Shown here in pieces: positions 11,289 through 24,050 of a DNA stretch of 64,000 bases (within the stretch, counting starts at the first letter, position 1; each line of letters starts with the position of its first letter). This DNA comes from Haplodiscus bocki (Eukaryota). Where the stretch lies: positions 60,884,001 through 60,948,000 of the forward strand of contig OZ296651.1 in NCBI GenBank assembly GCA_965655095.1. The letters are read 5' to 3'. The notes beneath the pieces were generated by a model. It saw only the letters and a list, made by a program, of their open reading frames with translations, searched no databases and was not told where the DNA came from. The position numbers and the translations under genes were made by a program.

Positions 11289-12959
11289 TAGCACAGCCGG
11301 AAGGAACAAGTTCTAAAGCATTTCCGCTTTTTGATCAATTTTAGCAAAAATAAAAAGGACAACTGAAATAAGTCATGCTAGTTTTAAAATACGAATGTCA
11401 AGCCCAGTTCGGCAAGTTAACTTCACAATAAACCTGAAATAGGAAGATCAAAACTTTGTCGAGAACCTGGTAAAACTTGATACATAGCTGTTGAGTTTCT
11501 TGGGACGATATTTTTGAATAATTCCCATATTTTCATCTCATTATTTCGCCATCAAAATATTATCACCATGTAACACAGTATGGTTAGAAAAATGCAAAAA
11601 ACTGCGATGACTTCCCACTAAACCTGGAAAGCCTCTACATTTCTAGGCACTGAAACAGATTTGCCGAGTTGACGTTCATTTTGATGCCCTCGAATGTCTA
11701 CAGTACATGTAATTATGGGTTTGCCAAATTTTTAAAACTAGCGATTCAGTGGCTGAGAAAGTACCGTTTTAGCAATTCAGAATAGGTCCTTGAAGGGTCT
11801 CAAATATCGAAGCACAAGAATCAAAAACCACACTTTGATGTTTTAGAAGGCGAACATCGCACCCAACGGCGCGAGGAGTCTCGCTTTCGATTCAAAAATA
11901 GTTTACAACAAGATTACAGCGTAAAACAACTTGAAGCGGGGATTTGTGGAGTGCGTTTTCATCCTACTTGATACACTTGCAATTTTGACATAACTTATTC
12001 CCACCTATCAATTACATTTTTGAACAAAAATTTCTAGATTCTAAGAAAAATAGCAAAAGATAGCTGTATCGCTTTCGAATATACCTGTCGCAAAAATAAC
12101 TTGATTTGGGAGAAAAAAGCAGAAATTCCCGAAAAACCGCAAAACAACCAACTTTCGTGACATTAAGGGACTGAAGAAACACCGCTTCTGAAAAAGTAAA
12201 GAAAACTACTAAATTAGGCCTAAAAAGTACCATTTGTCGATTTCATATGGACTAGAAAAATGACTTAGATGCCAAAAAATCCGGGTTTACCGCCAAGTGA
12301 ATGAAAGATTTCTCACTTTCACTAATGCAAGAAAAAACACCATTTTCAACAAAAACTTCAAAAATCTGTCGAAGATCCTCAAAATTCATCTTAACGTGTT
12401 GACTAATGATAGATTGGATGCAAAAAGTTGATTTGGAATACCAGATAGTCAAAAATCCGTGAAAGAAACGTCGAGTTAGGTTATTTCTGGCTGATCAGCA
12501 AAAACGTACCATTTTGTACAAAACAGTTATAACGTCTGAGAAAGTTAAGAATTCGTAGAAGTGTATAGAATTTAGCTGGATGCGTAGTCATAAGAAATTA
12601 TTTCGAAGGCAAAAAGCAAAATTTTTGGAAATGAAGCGAAGATACCAACTTTCGCCAACTCGAAAAAACTTATGGCATTCTTTTTACGAAAAAAGACTAG
12701 TTTTTCATTATTATTTCGTAGAAATTTCCTTTACATCGGTTTCTATTGCACTTGTAACTGAAGGGGAGAACAAAAAATCGAAAGAACGAAAATTCCACAG
12801 CTACCGAAAAATTATATTCCATTTTACTTGAAACCACCGGAAGAACAAAGAAAAAAATTGACATATGCCAGTTGATAAGGAAGTCAAAATTGCCAAAATC
12901 ACAAACGGCTAGTTTTGCTCGCTAAATAAACTTCCCACCATATTCCGGGTTCTCAGTTG

Positions 12960-14560
12960 ACAGATTAAAGTTCATGAAAGACATTTGAACATTGATAGGG
13001 TATATGATTGACACTTTTAGCACTACTACACCATCTATCTATCAAAAGTTTGCTCCAAAAAGTCCAAATGAGTCAAGCAGCTGTCGCAGTGTCTAATAGT
13101 CGAAAATTTGATCTGTCAAATATTTTTGCGAAGATTCGCCATTTCGTAGTCCAAGGTTTAAACTACTTACACAAAAAACAACGCAAAAAAAACGGTGTCC
13201 CAAAAAACGTCACCCCTAGAAAAAACTATCACTTTCAAAATAGCTGATATTAACCAACAGGACGTCAAAATCGCTTCAAAAATTTCTCGTCTCACTTATC
13301 AATCATGAGGTTTTGGGACACCTAATAAACTTTCCACACTGTCTCATACCCAGAACATTATTATGTTAGGAAAATCTAGGAATGCTTTCCCTCACTATTC
13401 AGACAATTTTTTTGAAAATTTTGCACTTTCAAGAACGCGAAAAATTTAAATGCCAAGATGTTTCAATAAGAATCCTTCTCGACCCCCATTTACATAGAAG
13501 AACCGACTTTCTGAAAACACCACAAGACGGAGGTTTTCGACAGAGTGAAAAAACTATGCAAACGCCGGTTTCCAATAGACTTTTTTCAGTTGGACTAATT
13601 AAAAATCAAATGCTTTTAAAGGACATCCATTATGGCTTACATATTCTCTATGTAGACAAGAAAAAAAGCGGTGCATTCCGCCCAAACAAAGCCAATTTAT
13701 TTCCGTCACATTTCAATATGGTTAGAAAATTAGGTATCAAAGGCGCTTTTCAGACGAGCGGAACCATTGCCCACCATCAAGACGTCGAAATGATTAAGGT
13801 TTTCTCCTATCACGGGACAATCCTCGGCATTTTTTACCTTCAAAAGTAAAAATCTCGGCACCCATTGCACAGACTTTTCTGGTTGCCAAAAAAAACACAA
13901 GTACAGATTGATGATCTATCGTATCCCAAAGTTTCGCAGACAAATAACTTTTTTTTCGGCCAGTTTTAGTCAAAAAAAAGAGCGGAAAACTATGACTTTC
14001 TTCAAAAAATTTCTGTATTTTGCTTTTGTCTTGCTTCCTCTGACTCGTGGTGCTGTCAATCATGCCTAAAAAAAGATGTGAAGCCTGTTTTACAATCACT
14101 AGTTCGATTGAACTCTCAAATTTGGACGTGTTTGACGACTAATGGCGCTTTGTTCGCGAAATAAATCGATTTTTTTTGTAGTTTTCAGCCAAAAAACGTC
14201 CTTTTCATAAATTCCTGGGCTTTCCAGATTCCTCAGGCTTCAGTTCACTTGAAATGGATAAATTGCGATACCTACAGTGCTTTGCAGTGCAGTTTTGCGT
14301 TTCGGGATTGTGTTAAGTTTTGCCATAGAAAATTTTAGTCCATACTGAGTTTTTGGATATATTTTACAATATAAGCGTTCTCCAAAGTGAGAAATCTGTG
14401 ACTTGCATGTTTTTCACGCGTTTTTTGTAAACATTTGTCTCAGACCGCAGCGTCTTAACTTGCTTCCTCGAGGAAAAGTTGTTTTAGTTGCAGTACTCGT
14501 TGGTTTACTGGCTGCTTGATTAAGCGAGCCTTGCGTTGCGCTAAGCACCTATGTTTTTTA
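12960..14560 (+). repeat. Dispersed repeat block A (homologous to 26570-28780)
   Basis: Shared colinear anchors include tatatgattgacactttt, aaaatctcggcacc, tacagattgatg.tctatcgtatccca, cctacagtgctttgcagt and aaatctgtgacttgcatgtttt. Confidence 0.85.
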
Positions 14561-14639
14561 ACGTTTACTTGCAAATTGCACGAAAATCGATAATCGCACA
14601 TATTCTGTCTTCGAAATTTTTCCTCAGAAAAAGTAGCAT

Positions 14640-15260
14640 ATTGACCGTAGGCTGCGACTGAAATAGTAGTTTTTCTGAAAAACGAAGTAGGGTTTTCTGG
14701 AAAAATTCTCAATTTTTTCAAAAACAATGGGAAAAATATTGGAATTCCACGGAAAGTTTACTAAAATAAAAACACTACCTTAAACCTCTTTTCTCGTCGG
14801 AAATTGGCTGTAGTAAGAATGAAATTGTTACTTTTCTGGAAAAAAGTTTTCTTCTAGCAGCGTATGGCAGAAAAAATCCCGATGGTAGTCGGGTGTCTTG
14901 TCTTGTTGAAATCTAATTCAAATGGATGACGAAATAATTTGAAACATTTTTATTCAGTTATATGGAGAAATATTGAATATTGTCAAAAATAATCAACTGC
15001 ATGAAAATTTGTTTTGAAATACAGTGTCGTATTACGGAGAAGTGCCAATATGATACTTCAAATGTACACTAACCGACAAAAGCAACCGTCTGTGCATTTT
15101 ACAGAAGGAGTTTTCAAGTTCAAATTTTGCAGACTTGGGACAGATTTCTCACTTTAGACAGATCATGTAGAAGCACAATATTCCTAGAATTTGAAGCAGT
15201 TTGTATTTGTTTCGTTTGATAATTTGACTGCTTCTCAAAAATTTGTTCCCGGACAGAGTG
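14640..15260 (+). mobile_element. Decayed LINE ORF2 (RT C-terminal half) relic
   Basis: Broken-frame translation ..GNWL....FKW...ILSKII...NRLCILQKEF...SHFRQIM*KHNIPRI*SSLYLFRL follows the order of L2/CR1-type motifs (WL..N; LxW; GILxKI; LxILQK; H..LF..LNIL.I..LY). Confidence 0.45.
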
Positions 15261-15890
15261 TTGAAATTTTTGGAGATCCTTGGCAACGGGAAAGAATCAA
15301 AGATACTTTCGACATTTCTTGTCTATGAGATGTTTTTTGGCACGAACTCCAAAAAATGTTAAAAACGCGCCAAAATTAGGATATAAAAACTTCTCAAATA
15401 CTATCCAAATTTGGAACAAAATGCACCAATATAAACTACTTCAAATTCTCAAGAATATTTTCCTTCTACAAGTTTTTCCTACGAAATTTGGACTTGAATC
15501 TTGATTCCTACTGAAACAAACTGACGGTTGACTTTGTCGGTTAGTTCATTCGACAGTAAGAATTAAACTTTCTTCAAATCACAAAATGTTCAAAACAGAC
15601 AAGACTCACAGCAAAAAATTCTAGCAACGAATAAATTTTGAAACCGGAAGCAGTCTATTACGAGTTATTTTATGATCATGCTTATGAAAATAGTATTAAC
15701 AAGACTCAAGCCACATTTGCCGCCATTCTATAACGAACTAATCGACTATTGTTGAAAATCTTCACGTAGGGCACAAAATTAGTTGAAACAACTGTGCACG
15801 ACGAACTGTCATCGCAATAAAGGCAGCAAATCATAAGTTACAGAACATTCGAAGATGATTAGACAATTCACATTAGATTGACTTAGCAGT

Positions 15891-15910
15891 AAGCAGAGTT
15901 CACTCTGCTT
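15891..15910. other. Perfect 8-bp hairpin (AAGCAGAG-TTCA-CTCTGCTT) followed by a T-run; probably a transposon terminus
   Basis: The palindrome is seen directly; the transposon role is inference. Confidence 0.4.
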
Positions 15911-18900
15911 TTTTTGTTCAGCACAACTTTTTCGCCTAACAGGAAAAAAGCAGGGTTATAATAAAATAAACCGGATCGAATCGTCCCAAACTGAAGCCTC
16001 CAGCGAGGCTCAAAATATCGGCGCGAAGCCCAAAGTTGTTAGCCCCGAAAAAGTACATGTATGTTGTGTTTCAAGATTTTCGTTAAAACTATATGTCAAT
16101 GCCATCATCGAATCCCTTCGAGACGTTCCGCATCGAAAAACAAAGTTTGCTCGAGTTGAGCACAGTAACAGCGGAAATGTAAGTCATTAAATTATCACGC
16201 ACTACTGCTAACAGAACTAATTGTGCTAATTATGGTTTTTTCAGGGTTTCACGAGAGCGAACACGAGAAGGCCCTAGTGCTCCAATTTTACTAGAAAATT
16301 TTTTTTGCGTGATATTTTGTCAAACTTCCAACTTTCGAGGCATATAACTTTTAACTGAAACATCCAATTCAAACAATTTTCGATTTTCTCCTTAACTTTC
16401 GAAGGGCTTTCGGATGGTGAAGAATTTTCATTTCACGCCGGAATTACTAGCCGAAACAAAAAAAACTGCAAGCAATTTTTACTACTTTAAATCGAGTGAA
16501 GTTTAGAAAAAGTTAGGGTCTAGTGGCCTGTTTTCGAACAACATAAGATTGCTACTGTGACGCAAGTAAAAACAGGAGGCATATGTGGTGTGCTGATGTA
16601 GGGCGTGCCACAAAAAATTCCAAGAATTTCAATTTACCGAAAATTTCATATATCTGCTAAATTATAACCACCTTCCAACTCTAAAATTCAAAATAAATTG
16701 CCCAAGCCTCCCCAGATTGAATGCTTTGGTTTTTAAAACGAAATGGAAATGAGTTTATCTTTTGAGTTCTTGGGCCGCAGATACAAGCCGAAACAAAAGT
16801 TTCCTATATAGAATATGAATGGTAGTATATACTGAGTGAAAATTTTGAACTTTTCTTTGGTCCGTCGACGATAGCGTAGATTTTGGTTTCGACGCCAAAG
16901 TTTCTCAAAGTGAAAATCGATCTACTTTAAAAGTTTCTTGAGTCAAATTCCAGTCCTATATACTGGAAGATAAATTTAAGATAACATGCATATCGCAGAA
17001 GCACAGCAAAGAGACACTAACTAATTACCCAAAACTATTCAGTTGCAGTCACTAAACTGTTCGATCAACTTTTTCGTGAGGAAAACATAAAAAGCGAGCT
17101 TATGTCGGATATTTTGAAAATTATTGCATCAAGCATTACTGCAACATCTTGGAAACTGAACCAAAAAATGATCCGATAAATTATTGGTAAACCAAAGAGA
17201 TTGCAGTCTTTTACCTCCAACCTTTTGCTTGTGGACAAAAAATTCTTCCGATGGTTTTTCGACAGGACATATTGACAATCCAGCTATTATTCTTATTCTA
17301 TTTTGAGCTTTTTGTTAGACATAACTTCTACGACTTTAAGCTCGGTCCAAAAATTACCGAGATTTCGCAGCAGTGTAAAGAGGAGATCCCAATCCTTTAC
17401 CAAATAAATTTTGATTCTGATTACAAAAATTTTCGATACATTTTTGCGAAAAAAACACTAAAACCCGATGTTTTGAAAATACTAAACTATGTTCCTATCT
17501 CCATATCGACTCCTTGAGCCACCGAAGCTTCAAGTAAAATCTGATGGCGCTTTTTCCGTGTTTTTTTTTTACAAGTCCTAGCCGGGAGCCTAGCATTGCT
17601 TGTTTTCAATTTTTTCGTCTGTTTTTGGCCATTTGTGATCAATTGAACTAAGGCATTGATAGTCAACTGAACTGAACTGAACGTACAGCCATGCAACCGA
17701 GGCAGTGACCCCAGCAAATTTCTCAAATTCGGCCAGCTATAATTACTTTAACCTCCGAAACACAAAGTAAAACATCCTGTTTTGGTCACGACGGAGCTAC
17801 GGAAGATCATAGAACAACCAACATTTAGCGGTGTTTGACTATTCCCGCAAATTTATAACAATCGCATTAGATTTTCTCGCCATTTCGAAACAAGAGACTG
17901 ATCTGAGCTGCTTTTCACCGATAGCGGGTCAGAAAAAGTTGCTCCAAAAAACAAAAAAAAATGAAAAAAAAGTCCCTGCACTTAAACTAGAACGCAATTT
18001 TAAAAAACAGAAAAAATATTGGCATTACAACTAGATCACATAAAAAAAATAGGTTTCAAATGACAGTAAGAAGTCGAAGGCATTGTCAATTAACAAAAGC
18101 TGTTAAAACACGCCACGTTCCAAGAAACCCAACCAAAAATTTGTAGGGAAATGAACACCGAAAAAAATCTGTATTGATTGTTGGTTTCCACATCTGCCTG
18201 TCAGGTTTCCGATGCCAGAAACAAAATCCACAAACCTAGTACAGTAAAATTTCATTGACAGGAAATTCACAGCTTTCGATTGATACGTAGATGGAGGAAA
18301 GCATATATTTTCAAGAAAAATGAGTTTGAATAACAAGAACCATACGCATGTTTTTTTGCCAATTTCGGCCGATGAACGTTCCGGTGCAAGGAACTCAACC
18401 CATGTTGGTTTTTTGAGTCTCCTTCTATACGTAGAAAACTGTCGATTGAGAACTTGATGGAAGATATCCCGCTTGTATTTTGTGAGACGTGAGTTCGAAA
18501 ATCAAAACAAGTAATACCTATATGCAAGTTTTGAGTTTTGAAATAATGATGTTAATAAAAACGTTTTCGGAAAAGTTACATAATTTTTGTAATAATGAAA
18601 ATGCAAGGAAATAATAAAGACAACATTCTGAAAGTCGAAAACAATCGGACGTTCAGACTTTTTTCCATTTTCAAGAAAAACTTGACACGAATTGTCAGAT
18701 TTGGGTACGGAAAACTAGAGTTTTTGCTACACAGAAATTTATTCGTGAAAAAATTATATGTGACGTAGCATATATGTATTATACAAGAAGCTATCAGGTC
18801 TGCAAGGTGGAGTCTGCGTGACAGTCATACGAAAAACTTCGACCCAAAATAATGATTTTATTTGGAGTAGAAAAAGACTCTCAGAATCGCAGAAATTATT

Positions 18901-18912
18901 TTAAAATAACGG

Positions 18913-18981
18913 GGTAACGACTGGAATTCGAACCCGTGCCGACTTTTCAGAAGCCTGATGTAATGCCCACAATGCTGCGGG
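18913..18981 (-). mobile_element. tRNA-derived SINE head or tRNA pseudogene relic
   Basis: The minus strand has an A-box-like GCAGCATTGTGG and a B-box GGGTTCGAATTCC at tRNA-like spacing; there is no intact cloverleaf. Confidence 0.4.
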
Positions 18982-18999
18982 AATTTTGAATTCCAACAA

Positions 19000-19360
19000 A
19001 AACAAACATAGCTGCCCAAGGCGGATAGGACTGCAAAAACTTTCGCGTTAACCATAAGGCTCCCCTCAACTCTTATTCCCTTTTCAAGCGAACAGAAGTC
19101 AAAATTTTCCGGTGTTTACACTTCATAAGTAGTTTGACTGGGGAATAAATATATTTTTTTATTTGCACGCTCTCGCCGCTACTATAATGGTCCGTATTGT
19201 CCCTCCTGTACTCCCACATGTTTTTGCCACGTCATATGTTGCACGAAAATTCTCATATTTCAGACAAGCTGGCAAAATGTCGAACTAAAAGGCGCCAAAA
19301 CAACAAAAGTCGAGTATCACTACAAGTACGTCGTAAAATTCAACTTTTCCAAAGTCCTAA
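19000..19360 (+). repeat. Dispersed repeat block B (homologous to 29500-29880)
   Basis: Shared anchors aaggcg.ataggact, accat.aggctccc, tttacacttcataagta, tctcgccgct.ctat and actcccacat. Confidence 0.85.
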
Positions 19361-19569
19361 ACAATGCCAATGAAAACATTTGAGCCCAAACTTGTCCATC
19401 ACCTTACCACGCTGATAACGCACAAGACACATAGAAATAGTAAAGTGCCCAGGTAAGTTGAAACAAGCCGGCACCGCCCGTTGGGCTCAAACAAAATCTC
19501 CATGGGGATCTATTTTTCCTTGTTTCACAACCATAGAAATACAGTAAACACCAAGAGACGTTTTTTTTT

Positions 19570-19810
19570 CGGGTAACCTAGTCTCGAATACCTATCTACT
19601 TTTGTCCAACTTTCTAGACCAACGGCCTGCGGTAACAGAAAACTCGATGGGTGGTAGAAACATAATAAAAATAGAGAAAACACCCAAAAATTGAAAGATG
19701 CCGAAAAACCCGAAAATCAGACCTATGCCCACAAAAAACGGCAAAACCTAGTCTCGAACCCGTACCTATGCCTTGAGATATTTATTTCCCAACCCTTGGA
19801 CCACCGCGCC
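19570..19810 (-). repeat. Two tandem tRNA-like (pol III box A/B) units, 170 bp apart
   Basis: 19810->19740 reads GGCGCGGTGGTCCAAGGGTT...GGGTTCGAGACTAGGTTTTGCC. A degenerate second copy lies at 19627->19570, with the shared cctagtctcgaa at 19577 and 19747. Confidence 0.55.
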
Positions 19811-20134
19811 TTCTAGGGTACCATTTGGAAGCGTATAAGTTTTGTAGAATTTCGTCGACTTCATAGGTCTTCAAAATACAAAAACCACTGTAAAACTCGG
19901 ACGCTTTTCCTTCTAAAAAACGCCACTAAAAAGGACAAAGTAGACTGAAAATACTACAATTCTAAACAGCTCATAACATTGAACCAAAGCGGAACTTTGC
20001 AACACATTCTGACGTGTCAGAGCAAATCACGGATCCCAAAATACTATTGAAACCATCATCGGTTATGTGATTGCCACTATAAGAATTACAACACCGGCTG
20101 TTAATCAGGTGTGTGTTCGAGAGTGCCAAATTGA

Positions 20135-20615
20135 AACAAGTACCTGTCACAGGTTCGCATACTCACAAATTGGATAAGTCAATATATCGTCGGTTTACAC
20201 CATTTTGTATCCCAATGTTAATCCCAAAGAATTAAGCACAGTAAAAAACTCGACGCTGAACAAGTACCTGCCACACTGTCTCATATTCAGAACACTAATA
20301 TGTCAATCATGTATTTTCCAGATACGCATTTTGCCGCTAAAAATGCGAAAATCAACGAGTATCATCCAAACTGTCCCATTCAAAAAACGATTTCAATCAT
20401 GTCTTATCAGGTTACGCCATTTCGCTGCCCAATGTTGAGGAAGTTTTCACAGTAAACAACGCAAAAATGACCTGCCAAAAAGAGGCCAATTTTGGCCGGC
20501 TATACTATATGACTAGAGTCTCCAAAGACGTTAAGTTTTGGACAGAACACAATAAGCAACGCATAAGCCGGTTTTCAATTGACAATCTTCGTTTCAGTCA
20601 GAAGGTGTAAAATTG
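20135..20615 (+). repeat. Dispersed repeat block C with internal ~120-bp tandem modules (homologous to 32875-33365)
   Basis: The module aagtacctgtcaca...tgtcaatcatgtc....ag.ttac.ccattt.gctgcccaatgtt...aacaacgcaaaaatga repeats about 3 times, followed by a shared tail ending ttcagtcagaa.gtgtaaaa. Confidence 0.8.
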
Positions 20616-21949
20616 CATATTTCCATATAGCTTATTAGACACGTAAACATTTTAAAAGCTAACTCTTTGGTGGATTGAAATGTGCATAACAAAAGTTTGT
20701 CTGAAAACATTTCACAAAACATTTCAAACAAATCTGAACATGGGCTGCCTTTTATTTCATTGTCACTAGTTCCGAAAAATAAAGACTTTAGCACATAGGA
20801 AAAACGTAACAGCACAAGGCATCAAACTATCGTTAATGCTTGAAAATGGATTTTAAAATCCAGGCCAGTTTTGACAAATTCTTCTTGATTTCCTTAATTA
20901 AGATTATAATGATTTGCGTGTTGTTGACGTTGATTTTTCATTTTAGAAACATCATTACTCAGAAAAGAACTATGAAAATAACCAGAAAATGGTATCTAAC
21001 CCGAATACTTTTGATATGAATCTCGACAAATAATTAAAAAGGGGCATTTTATCAGTAGCTCTACTTATTAGACGTATAATGGGTAGAACCTTTGGTTGGT
21101 TGAAATACACACATTGAGACAAATTTCAAATAAATTTGAACAAATTCGGTCTTTGCTTTTTCAATCAATTTATAAATCCGTTGACAAATGATTCAGAAAT
21201 GACGCTGAATTGATTGATCAATAAGGTTCTCTGGAATGATTAATTGATTCATTGACGAAAGTGGTCTAAGTCACACAGCCATTCAAATGACCGCAAACTT
21301 TCGTGGCCAATTACAACTTCCGGCAAATGAAAAGTTCCGGAATTTTTACTGATATAAGAAGATTACTGAAAGAAATGATCGGAGCGATGAGTTCTATTGC
21401 TGCTTCTAAACAAAACACAGTCTCTGGTAAACCCAATCATTTGGGAAAAAAAATCAATAACGAGACACAGAAGAGGCGCGGAAACCACATGATAAAAACC
21501 AAAAATCGATTTTCGAAAAAAACCGACACGAAAAGCTCGAAGACCCTGAAAATCATTTCACATCACGATCGGCGACGTGACTGACACTTTTAGAAATACG
21601 AGACTGCCCATTATGCGTTCGTTCGGAAAAAGGTAAAACACTACTAAGCGTCTCAAAAATTGTTACATGCAACAAGCAAAAATTTAGAGCTCTCATAACG
21701 AGTACAAATCAGAAAGAAAAAATGGAATATCTTTCAGGTCGGAATATCGCCTGTGAGTCATCAGATTTGACACATCAATTGAATCTCATAGAGCGGAAAC
21801 TACCGCGGAGATTAGGATTTGACGAAGTCCTGAAACTTTCATTTTAATATTTAACATAGAGGCGAATCTCCGCTCCACAAACTCTGGTGAAAACGAAAAT
21901 CATGGTCAAGATGTTTGCAAAACCAGAAAAACGAACTCGGGTTTCAATT

Positions 21950-24050
21950 CAATCCTGCCGCAGTTGTCACGCATTGCAAAAATAACGAACAGAAAAAATA
22001 AATCAGCTTCAATTTTTCAGTTACAACTCAAGATATTTTGCGAAAAACAAAAAAAAGCCCCTCCAAGCTATTCTGCTGACAAAGCGCTGGATGAAGACAA
22101 TCCAACAACTAATCATTGACAAAAACATACTTCTCGAAAAAAGAAAACCTTATTTTTTTAACTACAGATCAAAAGTTTCGCAATAGAAACAAGAAATGAT
22201 CCGTCCCACTTACTCCACAGACAACATAGACAGCATGTTGTTGGATCGGAGCATGAATGAGCCAAACTGACCACTAATCATTGACAGCAAACTTTTTTTA
22301 CGGAACGAGAACATAAAAACCTTCGATTTCTTCAAGACTACAGGTCAAAATTCCTCGCAGGCACACTTTAAGCAACTCTACAGAAACAATAGCATGCAGG
22401 CCGTTAAAACGGCGTTGGATCGGACCAATCCCATCACTAATCATTGAGAAAAACCATTTTAAGGAACAACAAAAAAATCTTCCATTGTAAATTACAAGTC
22501 AGGCTATCTGAGATAATTTGAAGAACTGCTACGGTGCACGTAGATAAATGAGGTCTGAAATGACAACCCAATCGAACCACTAGTACTCTAAAAAAAACAC
22601 TTTTAACCAACAACGCAATTGGAGGCATCTTTCAATTTTCTATTGCAAGCTGAAGGAAATTCAAGAAGAGACCAACAGTGCTGCTCAAGAAAAAACAGCC
22701 AGGCAGGAAGTAGTTGAATGAGCCGAAGATGGTCGCATATATACCACTAATCAAGCTAAACAGTTATAAAGAACGGAGGAACATCATAAATTTTTTAAAT
22801 ACAGGTAGAAAATTTTTCCTATAACAATCGTTACCAGCAATCACAAACATTTTTCAAAGGTCCTTGAACTGAACAAAAAAGTAGAGTTAAATTCGAGGCT
22901 GCGCGCACCCATAGCGATATCAACTCAAAACGCGGTATGAACAAAATGCACCAACACTGCCAGGAGAGCACAAAAATTTGCCGCTATTTAACTCAGGAGG
23001 AATGTCCTGATCGCATGTGTGCCAGAGACACAACGCTGTCCTCCGCGAACACGCGACATAATACAAACCTGCTGACGGGTATCCACATGTTTTCAACTTA
23101 GTGGTTACACCAAAAGCAAGAAATATCGTCAGATTCGAAATGATGTACTTTCAAAAACTAACAGACGATTAAAACAAGCTAGCGATTAAAACAAGCTAGC
23201 GATTAAAACAAGCGATTGTGATTGGTCTCAAGAAAAACGTTTCTGATGAAGAACAAAGTAAAAAATTCTTAGATGTACCTCTTACATGCTAAAAAAACTG
23301 CCACAAAAAATACACCAGAGCAAACCGTTTCCTGCATGGGTCCTGTGAGCACCGACTAGTCTATTCACCAATAAGTTCACGATATAACAACATCCCACCG
23401 AAAGTATTCAAGAAAATGCCTTCAACGTACAACACAGACATTGAACTGCTTCGATTTATCCTAACTTGTGACAGAAGTTGACAACACACAACCCCGCCAT
23501 CTTATCAGAAGCGACAAGCAGCGCGTAATTGAATTGGCAATGGATTCATCTAATCCGAACATGAGTTATCAGGAAGAACAAAATTGAACAAGAAGAAATA
23601 TCCTCGTAATTCAAACACAAGTTGACATTCTGCCGCATAAATCGAAAGTAGGCAATCCCGCCTTTTCAGTAGAACCTTCACACAGCCAATACTTGATTGA
23701 CCAATGGATATACAAAATCCGAACAAAAGCCATTAAGAAAAGCACTTTCAACGAACGAAACAAGGAACAACAGATCCATTTTCAAACAAAGTTACGATAT
23801 TCGCAACAAAAATTTACAAGACAACCCATTTTCTAAACCGAAGCAACAGCCAACAATTAGTTGAATCAGCACTGCCTAAAACCTTTCCAATCTGAAAGTT
23901 ATTCAGAAAAACTTCCAACGAACGACGTATGTAAAAATAGCGTTCATTTTTCAATTCTAGGCGGAAAAAATTCCTCAGAAAACTATGAAAGAATTACTCG
24001 CTGTCATTCCAGGGGACCTCCAGTTAGCTAGAAAATGAATTACTGCAGAC
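21950..24050 (+). repeat. Highly degenerate ~165-bp tandem repeat
   Basis: The anchor ctaatcattga occurs at 22109, 22274 and 22437, with decayed versions at 22580 and 22747. Similar periodicity continues loosely to about 24050. Boundaries are approximate. Confidence 0.6.
23166..23213. repeat. Perfect 17-bp tandem repeat, 2.8 copies (CGATTAAAACAAGCTAG)
   Basis: Read directly. Confidence 0.95.

Noticed and set aside
13382-13849. 155-aa ATG-initiated ORF
   Set aside because: It lies inside repeat block A, the frame is not preserved in copy A', and it has no recognisable domain.
15891-15916. Rho-independent terminator (hairpin plus T-run)
   Set aside because: The context is eukaryotic and there is no upstream gene; a transposon end is the more plausible reading.
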